This document shows positions 8,503 to 18,469 of a stretch of DNA of 64,000 nucleotides, in pieces. Source of the DNA: an uncultured Bacteroidales bacterium (GTDB lineage Bacteria; Bacteroidota; Bacteroidia; Bacteroidales; UBA3824); NCBI GenBank assembly GCA_947168365.1, contig CAMVLO010000002.1, positions 68,770 through 132,769 on the forward strand, in the 5' to 3' direction. A program made the translations under genes and the position numbers. Position 1 is the stretch's first letter. The number at the start of each line of letters is the position of its first letter. The notes under the pieces are model-generated. The model saw only the letters and a list, made by a program, of their open reading frames with translations, searched no databases and was not told the DNA's origin.

Positions 8503-10317
8503 TTATTCTGATATTTTGCGTTCTTTCATGTAACTTTTTAAATCGGTTCTTACTTCTTTTGACATCAAATAGAGAGTAAGAATATTGGGAAATGCTAACG
8601 AAAGATACAGTAAATCAGTCATATCGATTACTGCTCCTACGCTTGATGCTGCTCCTATTACCAAAAACATCAAGAAAAATATTTGGAATATTCGTGTTGA
8701 AACAAGTTCGTTTTTGATGAATCCTTTGGTGATAAATCTGAATGCTGTTGCGCTGTAATACGACCATGAAATGGCAGTAGAAAATGTAAACAGAAATATA
8801 CTTACCAACAACAAATACGGAAACCAACTGAAAACAGATTCAAATGCTTTGCTCGTAAGTTGTACTCCATCAAGATCTCCTGCAAGTTTGTAAGTTCCTG
8901 TAAATATGATTACTAAAGCTGTCATCGTACAGATTACAACTGTATCAATAAAAGGTTCCAACAATGCTACGATTCCTTCTTTGATTGGTTTGTCGGTTAA
9001 AACTGCTGAATGTGCTATCGGAGAACTTCCGATGCCGGCTTCGTTGCTAAGAGCAGCGCGTTGAAATCCTATTATGATGATTCCTAAAACTCCGCCTTTT
9101 AGTGCGCCCGGATTAAATGCGCCTTCCATTATTACTGTTACGGCGTTTGGTAATTCTTTGATATTGATGAAGATAATTATCAATGCGGTAACAATGTAAA
9201 GTAACGACATCGCCGGAACTGTTATACTTGTAAATTTTGCAATTGTTTTGATACCGCCGAAAATTACGAAAATTGCCAATCCTGCCATTACAAGTCCGAA
9301 AATTGCTCCGTATGGTGCGAGTGATGGAAAAACGTTGGCAAATTGTGCAAATGCTTGATTGGATTCAAACAGACAACCGCCGCCAATTCCGCCGCCAATT
9401 ATCAGTGCTGCAAATACATACGCTAAGGCTTTTCCTAATTTTGGAAGACCTATTTTTTTGAATGCTTTAGGAATATAGTACATGCCGCCGCCGAGGATTT
9501 TACCATTTTCTCCTACGTGGCGATATTTTACACCGAGTGTACATTCTACAAATTTGCTTGCCATTCCAAGAAATCCGGCAACTATCATCCAAAAAGTAGC
9601 GCCCGGTCCTCCAACCGTAATTGCAAGAGCTACTCCCGCAATGTTTCCAAGTCCGACAGTTGCCGATAATGCAGCTGTTAACGCCTGAAAATGTGAAATT
9701 TCGCCTTGCGTTTCTGAAGTGTGTTTTCTGTCGCGGCGACCCAAAACTATTCTGATTGATTCTTTCATGCAGCGGATATTTGGAAATCCCATGTAAATTG
9801 TACAGAAAACTGCACCGCAAATCAACCAAACAACTACAAATGGTAATTTCATTGTTTTAGGAGTACCGTTTGGATTCAAAACAGGATTACCGTTTTCGTC
9901 GCGGATTATATTGTCGTAAAGTCCAAGTTCTGCAAAAATGTCAGCCAAAATTACTCTTGCAAGTTTTCCGACTATCGGTGTGAATATCGAATTGATTTTT
10001 TCTGACAGACTTTCAGCAGGTTGCGAAAAACTAATTGATGCACTGTCGCCGTTTGCGTCATAAACTTTCAAGCCGTAAGAAATGCCTTCGGTCATGCCGT
10101 AAGATATTGAGTCAGTGAATCCTGACGTCGGATTGTCCCAACAATATTTATACGGTTTTTCGCCGCCGCTTACATGTGCCGTGGCGGTTACATCGTTGAG
10201 ATTTAATGATTGGTTTGCAGTCTCAATACTTATTTTTAGTGTGTCTTGTGATAATGCTGATTCGCTGATAATGAGCGAAATACATATTATAATCAGTTTC
10301 AGAAAATTGTTGAACAT
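8503..10317 (-). CDS. Alanine/glycine:cation symporter (AGCS) family transporter with an extra N-terminal extracytoplasmic domain
   Basis: Multi-TM body with AGCS-like blocks (ISHFQALTAALSATVGLGNIAGVA, GGPGATFWM, SNEAGIGSSPIAH). I prefer the ATG at 10317 (MFNNFLK...) over the TTG at 10338. Confidence 0.85.
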   Translation of the reverse strand: MFNNFLKLIIICISLIISESALSQDTLKISIETANQSLNLNDVTATAHVSGGEKPYKYCWDNPTSGFTDSISYGMTEGISYGLKVYDANGDSASISFSQPAESLSEKINSIFTPIVGKLARVILADIFAELGLYDNIIRDENGNPVLNPNGTPKTMKLPFVVVWLICGAVFCTIYMGFPNIRCMKESIRIVLGRRDRKHTSETQGEISHFQALTAALSATVGLGNIAGVALAITVGGPGATFWMIVAGFLGMASKFVECTLGVKYRHVGENGKILGGGMYYIPKAFKKIGLPKLGKALAYVFAALIIGGGIGGGCLFESNQAFAQFANVFPSLAPYGAIFGLVMAGLAIFVIFGGIKTIAKFTSITVPAMSLLYIVTALIIIFINIKELPNAVTVIMEGAFNPGALKGGVLGIIIIGFQRAALSNEAGIGSSPIAHSAVLTDKPIKEGIVALLEPFIDTVVICTMTALVIIFTGTYKLAGDLDGVQLTSKAFESVFSWFPYLLLVSIFLFTFSTAISWSYYSATAFRFITKGFIKNELVSTRIFQIFFLMFLVIGAASSVGAVIDMTDLLYLSLAFPNILTLYLMSKEVRTDLKSYMKERKISE

Positions 10318-10418
10318 ATTGCTTGAAAATTTTTGCAAAGATACTAAACTTATTGCAATTTTTGGTTTTTATAGTATAAGTGATTGACGTATTTGTTTTA
10401 AAACGTGATTTTTGTTGA

Positions 10419-13172
10419 TTAATTTATTTTGCCAATCACCGCCGCTTTTTTGTAAGTTTTTGACCAGCCTGTGGAATTTACGGCTTTTATAAGTACCACA
10501 TAAATTCCTGTTTTACAGCGGTTGGCATCGTTGTCATAACCGTCCCAAGTTACTTGGTCGTAATATGTTACAATCAGATTGTCAGCGAGAGTTCGTTTCA
10601 AATTGCCGTTGCTGTCAAAAACAGAGATGTTGAGAGTGGTTTGCGGATAATCAAAATTAAAAGTCATTTTGAATTCGCAATCTTCGTTTCCGGGTTTAAA
10701 CAATTGATTTTCAATTGTAATACCTTCACCGTAATCCATTGTTTCGCTCTTTTCAGAACTTTGTTGAATTGAATTTTTCAAGCCCGGAGTTGCAAAACCG
10801 TAACTTTCAGAGCATGATTGCCAATTAGATTTTTCTGTAGTAGACGCCTCAAAATCAATTCGTTCCAACGAAACGCCTTGTGTTGTTTCTAAGAATTTGT
10901 TTTGCCATTTGTCGTCGTAATACATCGAATCTAAGAGCGTTCCCTCTGAAGTTGTTATCGTAATAATTCCTTTTGAGTAGTCAAGTGCCGGAAATTTTGA
11001 GTTTTGAATAAAATAATTGCCTGAATTATAAAGCGTTTTTACGTTGCTACTATCCGCAGTCAAAACCAAGAAACAATTCGGAGAAAGCGATTTCATTTCG
11101 TTGATTGTACATGATTTTACTGTGTCTGTAGTTAAATAATTGAAATTCAGTCCGTAAAGAAAAATTTCATAATCGCTGTTGTTGTAAAATTCCACAAACC
11201 TTTTGCCGCCCGTGTTGGGATGATATAGTATTTCGTTGATTATTAAATCGTTATATTCCGGTTCGTGGTAAGTTACATCCAATGTCGTATCTTGAAATTT
11301 GCTATTGAAGATGTCTTTTATATTCTTGATATTCAGATTGATATTGCTGTTGTTTTCAAAATTTTTATCCGAAGTCAGCAAAACTGAAAATTTGTCTGAC
11401 GTAATTTCTGCTGATTGGGGATAATTGTTGTTGATTTCAAAGTAATTCTCTTGAATTTCAGTAAGTTGGTTGTTGAATTGTATCCAAATTTGATTTTCGC
11501 TCACGGCTATTACTTTTTCTACTTTTATTTTAGAATAATCAACCGTTAACATAATATCATTCAGAGAGTTGCCGCAAAAGTCAGAAATCGTACCGCTTAT
11601 ATTATTTGTTCCCTCGCGAAGATAATTTTCGAGATTTAAATTAATTGATTTTCCGTTGATTTCCGCATTGTTGATAGTTGTGTTGTTAACCGATAGATTA
11701 CAGAATTTTATTGGTTCGGATGTCGTGATTAAATATATGCAATTTTCTGTTACACTGCTGCTTACAATCGTTGGCGCAGTATTATCTTCGTTGATTGCAT
11801 ACACGGAATTCATCTTGCCCGGAGTGCCGCCGGAAATATCTGCCGAAGCTTTCCAATTGTTGCTTTGATTGCAAGTGTTTTCGGGGTCGATGCGTTCCAA
11901 AGAAAATCCTCCGCTTGATTTTTCCGAATAGTTGTACATCTTGTCGTTGTAAGTCAGCGAATCCAAAATTTGACCTAATTCGTTTTTTATCGCAATAAAT
12001 TTGCCCGAAATCGTGAGTTTCGCTTCTTCCAAAATTTCGACATATTCGCCGTAATCAGTAAACTCTTTTCCTGAAGTAATCAACAGATAATCAAATGGTT
12101 TTATCGTTATTTCTGGAAAAGTATATTCCAAATCTCCTATCTGAAGTTTGTAATTTTTGAGGTTGCAACCGTTTTCTGATTTGTTGTAAAGTTCTATATA
12201 TTTGTTGGCAGGTAATGCAAACGGTGCGGGATTTATATCACACATTATTTCATTGATAACTATTTGATTTTGTGAGGCTTGACTGAATGTATTTTGAAAA
12301 TCTTTTATTGTTTTACCATAAATATCTTTCAATCCGTTAACTGTTAAAACTAAGTCCCCGGAGGTCGGTAAATTGTTGAATTTCAAATCTATATATTTGC
12401 TTTTAACTTCTATTGAATTTGGGTTTAGAGAATTCAGATTGAAGTTTTGTATCGGTTGTTCGCTATTCAAACGCCCTGTGTAATAGATTCTTATCGTTTC
12501 ATTGTCGATTAATTCTGCTGAATCAATTGTTGTTTCGGGCGTTTCGGAACTGATGTTTTGATTGAATTCTGTAAATTTGAATGCAAATTTCTTCATTCCC
12601 GTTTTGTTGAATTTGAATTTTACGATGATAAATTTTGAATCGATAAATTTGTCATTGTCGGTATAAACTTGTGTTCCGTTTATTGTCCAAACTCCTGATG
12701 ACGTGCGGTTTACAGTAATTTCTTGAGATACAAATTTTTCAGTAAAAGTGTACAAAACTTCGATATCATTGCCATTGAATTTTGCAAAACTGAGTGCGTT
12801 GTATGTCGGTTTTTGTCCCGTAACTATTCCGTAGCCTTCAAAATCCTCGTAATCAGTGTTTTCATGGTTTGCGGTGAGAATTATTTGAAATCGGTTGACT
12901 GATGAATTTGTAAACTCGGTTTTAACATCAATTTTCCAATTTACAGAGCCTTGTTCCGGATAGAAATCTTTGATTTCTCGATATATAGCATCTATTCCGA
13001 CATTTGAATTTGTGTCGGTGATATATGATTCGGAATTGTTGCAAAATTTGTTGCATTGTTGTGTCCAATTTTCTACCGAATTGAAATTTTCAGTAATAAA
13101 ATCTATTGTTTGAGATTTGGAACTACCTGTAATTAAGGTTAATACTAAAATTATTATTATTTTGTATTTCAT
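10419..13172 (-). CDS. Large secreted lamin-tail-domain (LTD) protein with T9SS/FlgD-Ig-like C-terminal domain
   Basis: Signal peptide. Two LTD-like starts (VINEIMCDINPAP..., IINEILYHPNTGGKRFVEFYNNSDYEI). C-terminus VFDSNGNLKRTL...WDGYDNDANRCKTGIYVVLIKA is typical of T9SS-type sorting domains. Confidence 0.7.
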   Translation of the reverse strand: MKYKIIIILVLTLITGSSKSQTIDFITENFNSVENWTQQCNKFCNNSESYITDTNSNVGIDAIYREIKDFYPEQGSVNWKIDVKTEFTNSSVNRFQIILTANHENTDYEDFEGYGIVTGQKPTYNALSFAKFNGNDIEVLYTFTEKFVSQEITVNRTSSGVWTINGTQVYTDNDKFIDSKFIIVKFKFNKTGMKKFAFKFTEFNQNISSETPETTIDSAELIDNETIRIYYTGRLNSEQPIQNFNLNSLNPNSIEVKSKYIDLKFNNLPTSGDLVLTVNGLKDIYGKTIKDFQNTFSQASQNQIVINEIMCDINPAPFALPANKYIELYNKSENGCNLKNYKLQIGDLEYTFPEITIKPFDYLLITSGKEFTDYGEYVEILEEAKLTISGKFIAIKNELGQILDSLTYNDKMYNYSEKSSGGFSLERIDPENTCNQSNNWKASADISGGTPGKMNSVYAINEDNTAPTIVSSSVTENCIYLITTSEPIKFCNLSVNNTTINNAEINGKSINLNLENYLREGTNNISGTISDFCGNSLNDIMLTVDYSKIKVEKVIAVSENQIWIQFNNQLTEIQENYFEINNNYPQSAEITSDKFSVLLTSDKNFENNSNINLNIKNIKDIFNSKFQDTTLDVTYHEPEYNDLIINEILYHPNTGGKRFVEFYNNSDYEIFLYGLNFNYLTTDTVKSCTINEMKSLSPNCFLVLTADSSNVKTLYNSGNYFIQNSKFPALDYSKGIITITTSEGTLLDSMYYDDKWQNKFLETTQGVSLERIDFEASTTEKSNWQSCSESYGFATPGLKNSIQQSSEKSETMDYGEGITIENQLFKPGNEDCEFKMTFNFDYPQTTLNISVFDSNGNLKRTLADNLIVTYYDQVTWDGYDNDANRCKTGIYVVLIKAVNSTGWSKTYKKAAVIGKIN

Positions 13173-13269
13173 GGTTTTTTTGCAAAATTAATAAAATTTT
13201 TTCTAAGTTGATAAATTCTTTCATTTCATATTATTTATCAAAAAATATCGTTGGTTCACGAAAAATACT

Positions 13270-13277
13270 TACCTTTG
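13270..13277 (+). promoter_or_regulatory. TAnnTTTG -7 box
   Basis: TACCTTTG lies 26 nt upstream of the ATG at 13303. Confidence 0.45.
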
Positions 13278-13302
13278 TAACCTAAAACAGAGACGTACGA
13301 AA

Positions 13303-14061
13303 ATGGAACAATATACAGTAGCCAACGGTTTGAAAGTTAATTATAAACAAACCGGAAACGGCAAAGATGTGCTTCTTCTTCATGGCTGGGGATGTAGCGT
13401 TGAAATTTGGAAAACATTGCAAAGTCAGCTTGAAAATAATTATCGAGTTACTTCAATAGATTTTCCGGGATTTGGCAAAAGTGAAGAGCCAAAGGAAGTT
13501 TGGGGTGTAGAGGACTATACAAGATGTACCGAAGAATTGATACAAAATCTTGGTCTTCATAATCCAACTCTTATCGGACACTCGTTTGGCGGAAGGGTTT
13601 CCATACTCTTGTCATCGCGAAACAGTTATGTCAGCAAAGTAATTCTCACGGATTCTGCCGGTGTAAAACCTCATAATACTAAAATTTCGGTTTCAAGAGT
13701 TTTCTCAAAAATCAAAAAAATTACTACAAAAGTAATTGGCGAATCAGCAACCGAGAAACTTGTAAAACCTTTTGTAAATAGTTTGGCATCAGCTGATTAT
13801 AAAAATGCATCCGGCATTATGAAAGAAATTTTGAAAAAAGTGATTGACGAGGATTTGCAATCTGAAATGCCGAAAATAAAAGCTCCTGTGCTTTTGATTT
13901 GGGGGCAAAACGATACGGCAACTCCGGTTAGTGATGCCAAAATTATGGAAAGTTTGATTCCCGATGCAGGACTTGTGGTTTTCCCTAATTGTACACATTA
14001 TAGTTTCCTCGAAAATCCGAATTATTATTATACTATTGTTGACAACTTTTTGAAAAGCTAA
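13303..14061 (+). CDS. Alpha/beta hydrolase
   Basis: LLLHGWG oxyanion region and GHSFGG nucleophile elbow. 252 aa. Confidence 0.85.
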   Translation: MEQYTVANGLKVNYKQTGNGKDVLLLHGWGCSVEIWKTLQSQLENNYRVTSIDFPGFGKSEEPKEVWGVEDYTRCTEELIQNLGLHNPTLIGHSFGGRVSILLSSRNSYVSKVILTDSAGVKPHNTKISVSRVFSKIKKITTKVIGESATEKLVKPFVNSLASADYKNASGIMKEILKKVIDEDLQSEMPKIKAPVLLIWGQNDTATPVSDAKIMESLIPDAGLVVFPNCTHYSFLENPNYYYTIVDNFLKS

Positions 14062-14070
14062 TTTTTAAGT

Positions 14071-15651
14071 ATGGAAAAAATTATAACTCCTTTAACGATT
14101 GTTTTTTATGTTTTGATGCTTGGGTACAATGCCATAAAATATCGTAACGAATTACATAAGTTTCAGCAAAACAGTTATCGTAACGAACGATATTTCAAAT
14201 GGTTGAAGCATGGCAATTTTTGGTCGGGAGACAGAATTGTGATGTTTGCCGTGGTATTTTTTGTACTTGCAGCCGATTTTATTGGAATTTCTCTTAACCT
14301 TATTTTCTCTTTAGCTTGCGCAAGTTATGTTTTTATAAGTGTTAAATTGTTGAAATTCAAAGCTAAAGTTCCGTTGAAATTTACTTCAAGAGCAAAGCGT
14401 TTGTATTTTACTTCGCTTGCTATTGTGTTGATTATAAGTTTTTTACTTGGATATTTTGTAAACCCGAAATTCTTTCTTGTGTCGTTGCCTTTTGGCTCGT
14501 TTATGAGTTTTATAATTTTGCCGTTTGCAAATATTTTGTTGAAACCGGTGGAAAATCATATCAACAATTGGTATATCAACGATGCAAAACGTATTCTCGC
14601 CGAACATCCTGATTTGTTGATAGTTGGAATTACGGGTTCTTATGGTAAAACTTCTACCAAACATTTCTTGCATACAATTTTGTCTCAAAAATACAATGTT
14701 TTGATGACTCCGGGTTCGTTTAATACCACGATGGGCGTTGTTAGAACTATTCGTGAATATTTGAATCCTACTCATCAGGTTTTTATTTGTGAGATGGGTG
14801 CAAAACAAATCAATGATATCAAAGAAATTTGTGATATCGTACATCCTAAAATCGGTATTTTAACATCGGTTGCTGAGCAACATCTTGATACATTTCATAA
14901 TATCGAAAATGTCAGAAAAACCAAATTTGAGCTTATTGATTCTTTGCCTGAGGACGGTATGGCAATTCTTAACGGCGATTATGAGATTATCAAAAATACA
15001 CCGAAGTCAAAAACTACTCAATATTATTCAACTTCGGACGATAGCAATGATTTTTCTGTAAAAAATATTACATATTCTCAGCACGGTACTACATTTGATT
15101 TGTATCATTTTAAAGACAAAGTAGAAACATTTTCTACAGAACTTTTGGGTGAGTACAATATTTCCAACATCGTTGCTTGTATAGTTTGCGCTTATAAACT
15201 TGGACTTACAACCGATTCTATTTTGTATGGCGTTCATAAGTTGCAAGCTGTAGAACACAGAATGGAAATCAAACCGGGACCAAATGGCGTTGTGATTATT
15301 GACGATGCTTTCAATTCCAATCCGAAAGGTGCAAAAATGGCTTTAGATATTCTTTCGCAATTTACTAATTGTAAACGTATTGTAATTACTCCTGGAATTA
15401 TAGAACTTGCTGACCGTCAGGATTATTACAATGGCGAATTAGGAAAACAAATTGCTAAAAGTGCAGACTTCGCCGTTTTGGTAGGCAAGGAGCAGACCGA
15501 GGCAATTTACAATGGTCTGAAAGCAGAAAATTATCCGGAAGAACAGATTTATATCGCTCAGGGACTTGCAGATGCGGCAAATTTTGCTTATTCGAGAGCT
15601 CATGCCGGCGATGTTATTCTTTTTGAAAACGATTTGCCTGATTATCATTAG
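14071..15651 (+). CDS. Mur ligase family protein (MurF-like) with N-terminal multi-TM extension
   Basis: About 165 aa of hydrophobic helices, then GITGSYGKTSTK (Mur ligase P-loop), FICEMGA, EHRME and DDAFNSNPKGAKMALDIL (MurF-type C-terminal domain). Confidence 0.8.
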   Translation: MEKIITPLTIVFYVLMLGYNAIKYRNELHKFQQNSYRNERYFKWLKHGNFWSGDRIVMFAVVFFVLAADFIGISLNLIFSLACASYVFISVKLLKFKAKVPLKFTSRAKRLYFTSLAIVLIISFLLGYFVNPKFFLVSLPFGSFMSFIILPFANILLKPVENHINNWYINDAKRILAEHPDLLIVGITGSYGKTSTKHFLHTILSQKYNVLMTPGSFNTTMGVVRTIREYLNPTHQVFICEMGAKQINDIKEICDIVHPKIGILTSVAEQHLDTFHNIENVRKTKFELIDSLPEDGMAILNGDYEIIKNTPKSKTTQYYSTSDDSNDFSVKNITYSQHGTTFDLYHFKDKVETFSTELLGEYNISNIVACIVCAYKLGLTTDSILYGVHKLQAVEHRMEIKPGPNGVVIIDDAFNSNPKGAKMALDILSQFTNCKRIVITPGIIELADRQDYYNGELGKQIAKSADFAVLVGKEQTEAIYNGLKAENYPEEQIYIAQGLADAANFAYSRAHAGDVILFENDLPDYH

Positions 15652-15678
15652 TTTGAGATTTTTTTCTAAAATTATATA

Positions 15679-15770
15679 TCGCCAAAACTGCTCCAAAATA
15701 CATAGTTTTGGCGACATCTAAAAATTATAAACCGCCAAAACTGTAATTTTTTTACCTGTTTTGGCGGTTT
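15679..15770 (+). terminator. Two consecutive hairpins sharing a CGCCAAAAC core; the second is terminator-like
   Basis: TCGCCAAAACT...AGTTTTGGCGA (15679-15714) and AAACCGCCAAAAC...GTTTTGGCGGTTT (15729-15770), followed by a T-rich tract. Confidence 0.55.
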
Positions 15771-15923
15771 ATGTTTTTAAATTTTTGTTAGAAAGTGTTG
15801 TAATTTACAACTTTTTACCATAATATGCCACTTATTGTTGGATTATAACTAAAAAATCTTTTTTCATTTTGTTTTTTTTATTACTTTTGTCAGTTTTTCA
15901 ATGTAAAAAAATATAAACAAATC

Positions 15924-17165
15924 ATGATAACATTAGGCGTATTTTTCGGCGGAATGTCTGTAGAGCACGAAATATCAGTAATTTCCGCATTGCAAACAAT
16001 TCACGCATTTCCTGAATTTAAATACAATATTGTTCCGATTTACATCTCAAAAGATGGCGAATGGTATACAGGACCGGGATTAACAGCTGTTCAAAATTAC
16101 CGCAATATGAGCAAGTTGCTCTCTTGGTGCGAAAAAGTTTACATGACTCCAAATCGTGGTGATTTCAATTTGTACCGTTATAAATCAAACATGTTTAAAG
16201 GCAAAGTCGTAACAAAAATCGATGTAGCATTCCCGATTCTTCACGGTAGCTACGGCGAGGACGGTTCTTTGCAAGGTTTGTTTGAAATGATTGGTATTCC
16301 TTACGTTGGTTCCAACCTCAGAGCCAGCAACATCGCAATGGACAAGATTGCTACAAAATATATGTGCAAGGCTAATAATATTCCTTGTGTTGATTATATG
16401 TGGACTACCGACCGTGAATGGTTTGAACAGCACGATGCTAAGAAAGCCGAGGCAGAGGAAATCGGTTATCCTCTTATCGTAAAACCTGCCGGATTGGGTT
16501 CGTCGGTTGGTATTTCTAAGGCTGCTAATTCTGAGGAACTTGATGCAGCTGTGGAACTTGCATCAAAATTCACTGACAAAATCATCATCGAAAAGATGGT
16601 TCAAAATCTTCAGGAAATCAACTGTTCTGTTTACGGAAGTTATCACGATTGTCACGCCTCAGTTTTGGAAGAACCTGTAAGAAGCGGTGATATCCTTTCT
16701 TACAAAGATAAGTATATGGGTTCCGGCTCTGCAAAGGGCGGCGCCAAAGGAATGAAATTTGGTGCAAAAGGTGGTAAGTTCGGATCTAAATCCGGCAGTC
16801 AAGGTATGTCAGGAAGTCAGAGAAAATGTCCGGCAGATCTTCCGGAAGATGTTACAAAATACATCCAACAGCTTGCTATCAAGACATTTAAGGAAATGAA
16901 CGCCACAGGTATTATTCGTATAGATTTTATGCGCGATTCTGTAAACGGCGATGTTTATGTTAACGAAATCAACGCAATTCCGGGTTCACTCGCTTTCTAT
17001 CTTTGGGAAGCTACCGGCAAAAAATTCGTTGACGTTCTCGACGAAGTAATCAATATTGCAATCAAAGAGGCTCAGGAAAAACATAAACTCAAAGTAAGTT
17101 TCGATCAAAATATTTTCGCTATGGGTGCAGGAATTTCTCCAAAACTCGGTGGCGCAAAAAGATAG
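15924..17165 (+). CDS. D-alanine--D-alanine ligase family (ATP-grasp) protein with a Gly/Lys-rich loop insertion
   Basis: GVFFGGMSVEHEISVIS, PILHGSYGEDGSLQGLFE, IVKPAGLGSSVGISKA and VNEINAIPGS are Ddl-family blocks. 413 aa is longer than canonical Ddl. Confidence 0.8.
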   Translation: MITLGVFFGGMSVEHEISVISALQTIHAFPEFKYNIVPIYISKDGEWYTGPGLTAVQNYRNMSKLLSWCEKVYMTPNRGDFNLYRYKSNMFKGKVVTKIDVAFPILHGSYGEDGSLQGLFEMIGIPYVGSNLRASNIAMDKIATKYMCKANNIPCVDYMWTTDREWFEQHDAKKAEAEEIGYPLIVKPAGLGSSVGISKAANSEELDAAVELASKFTDKIIIEKMVQNLQEINCSVYGSYHDCHASVLEEPVRSGDILSYKDKYMGSGSAKGGAKGMKFGAKGGKFGSKSGSQGMSGSQRKCPADLPEDVTKYIQQLAIKTFKEMNATGIIRIDFMRDSVNGDVYVNEINAIPGSLAFYLWEATGKKFVDVLDEVINIAIKEAQEKHKLKVSFDQNIFAMGAGISPKLGGAKR

Positions 17166-17202
17166 TTTGCTTATCAATTTTGTTTATTTGAGCAAAAAAA
17201 TT

Positions 17203-17241
17203 ATAACCACATTGAAAAAAAACAGTGTGGTTATTTTTTTT
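17203..17241 (+). terminator. Rho-independent terminator
   Basis: ATAACCACA...TGTGGTTAT stem followed by a T9 run. Confidence 0.65.
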
Positions 17242-17335
17242 ATTGAATTGTTTTGTTATATTTGTGGTTACAAAAAAATTATTAGCTCAGCAAATTGTTT
17301 TATTTTTTGCTATTTTAACTTAAAACATTAATATT

Positions 17336-18457
17336 ATGGATACAACCGTATTAAAATGTCCGAATTGTAATTCGATGCTTCCATACAATCCGGTTACCGG
17401 AACATGGAGATGTATATATTGCGGTTCTGAATTTACAAAGGAACAAATTCTCCAACTTACGCAGGAGAAATCCGATAAAGATGTTGATATCAACAAACAG
17501 GAATACGCTGATTATCAAGAACAAAATAAGCAAGTAGGAACAGATCCCGTACCTCCGTTGCATCCAAGTCAGGAATATTCCGGCGAGCAGCCCAATCTTA
17601 CACTTTACCGTTGCGAAAGTTGCGGAGCGGAAATGGTGGCAGACGAAAATACAGCATCAACATTTTGCGTATATTGCGGAAATACAGCGATATTGAAGTC
17701 CAGACTCGAAGGTGAGTTCCGTCCGAAATATATAATTCCTTTTGCAAATACAAAAGATTCAGCCATAGCGGCTTACAACTCGCTGCGAAAAGGCAGATTT
17801 CTTGCTCCGGACGAGTTTGGTAAACCCGAAAATGTTCAAAAAATTACCGGAGTTTATATTCCGTTTTGGCTTTACAAAGGATTTTCACAAGGTAAAATTT
17901 CCGGAGAACGCCATGAGAAATCAAGTTGGCGTTCAGGCGATTACATCGTTACAAAAACAGATGTCTATTCCGAAATACGAGCTGGTAGCGAACAATTTGA
18001 AAATGTACCTGCCGACGGTTCAGAGAAATTTGACGATAATTTGATGGATTCTATCGAGCCGTTTGATTTTTCAAAAATTGAGAATTTCAACTACTCTTAT
18101 TTGTCAGGATTTTTGGCAGAAAAATTCGACGTGGATTCCAAAGAAGACGAAAAACGTGCATCGCTCAGAATGAATAATTCTCTGCGTCAGTCACTTTACA
18201 GTACAATCAACGGAAGTTTGATAAATGCAAACGAAAATATTAATTGTACAATAGAAGGTGTTGACTATGCATTGTTGCCGGTGTGGATGCTCAATACATT
18301 TGTTGACGGCAAGGCTCACACATTTGCTATGAACGGTCAAACCGGAAAAATTGTAGGCGATATCCCGATTGATAAGAAAAAAGCAACATGGTTTTTTATT
18401 GCATTGCTAATCGGAGGTTTCAGTATTTGTGCATTGATTAATTTTCTTTTTGATTAG
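17336..18457 (+). CDS. Double zinc-ribbon protein with C-terminal TM anchor
   Basis: CPNC...CIYCG and CESCG...CVYCG CxxC pairs. C-terminal helix WFFIALLIGGFSICALINFLF. Confidence 0.6.
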   Translation: MDTTVLKCPNCNSMLPYNPVTGTWRCIYCGSEFTKEQILQLTQEKSDKDVDINKQEYADYQEQNKQVGTDPVPPLHPSQEYSGEQPNLTLYRCESCGAEMVADENTASTFCVYCGNTAILKSRLEGEFRPKYIIPFANTKDSAIAAYNSLRKGRFLAPDEFGKPENVQKITGVYIPFWLYKGFSQGKISGERHEKSSWRSGDYIVTKTDVYSEIRAGSEQFENVPADGSEKFDDNLMDSIEPFDFSKIENFNYSYLSGFLAEKFDVDSKEDEKRASLRMNNSLRQSLYSTINGSLINANENINCTIEGVDYALLPVWMLNTFVDGKAHTFAMNGQTGKIVGDIPIDKKKATWFFIALLIGGFSICALINFLFD

Positions 18458-18469
18458 GAGGACATCATT

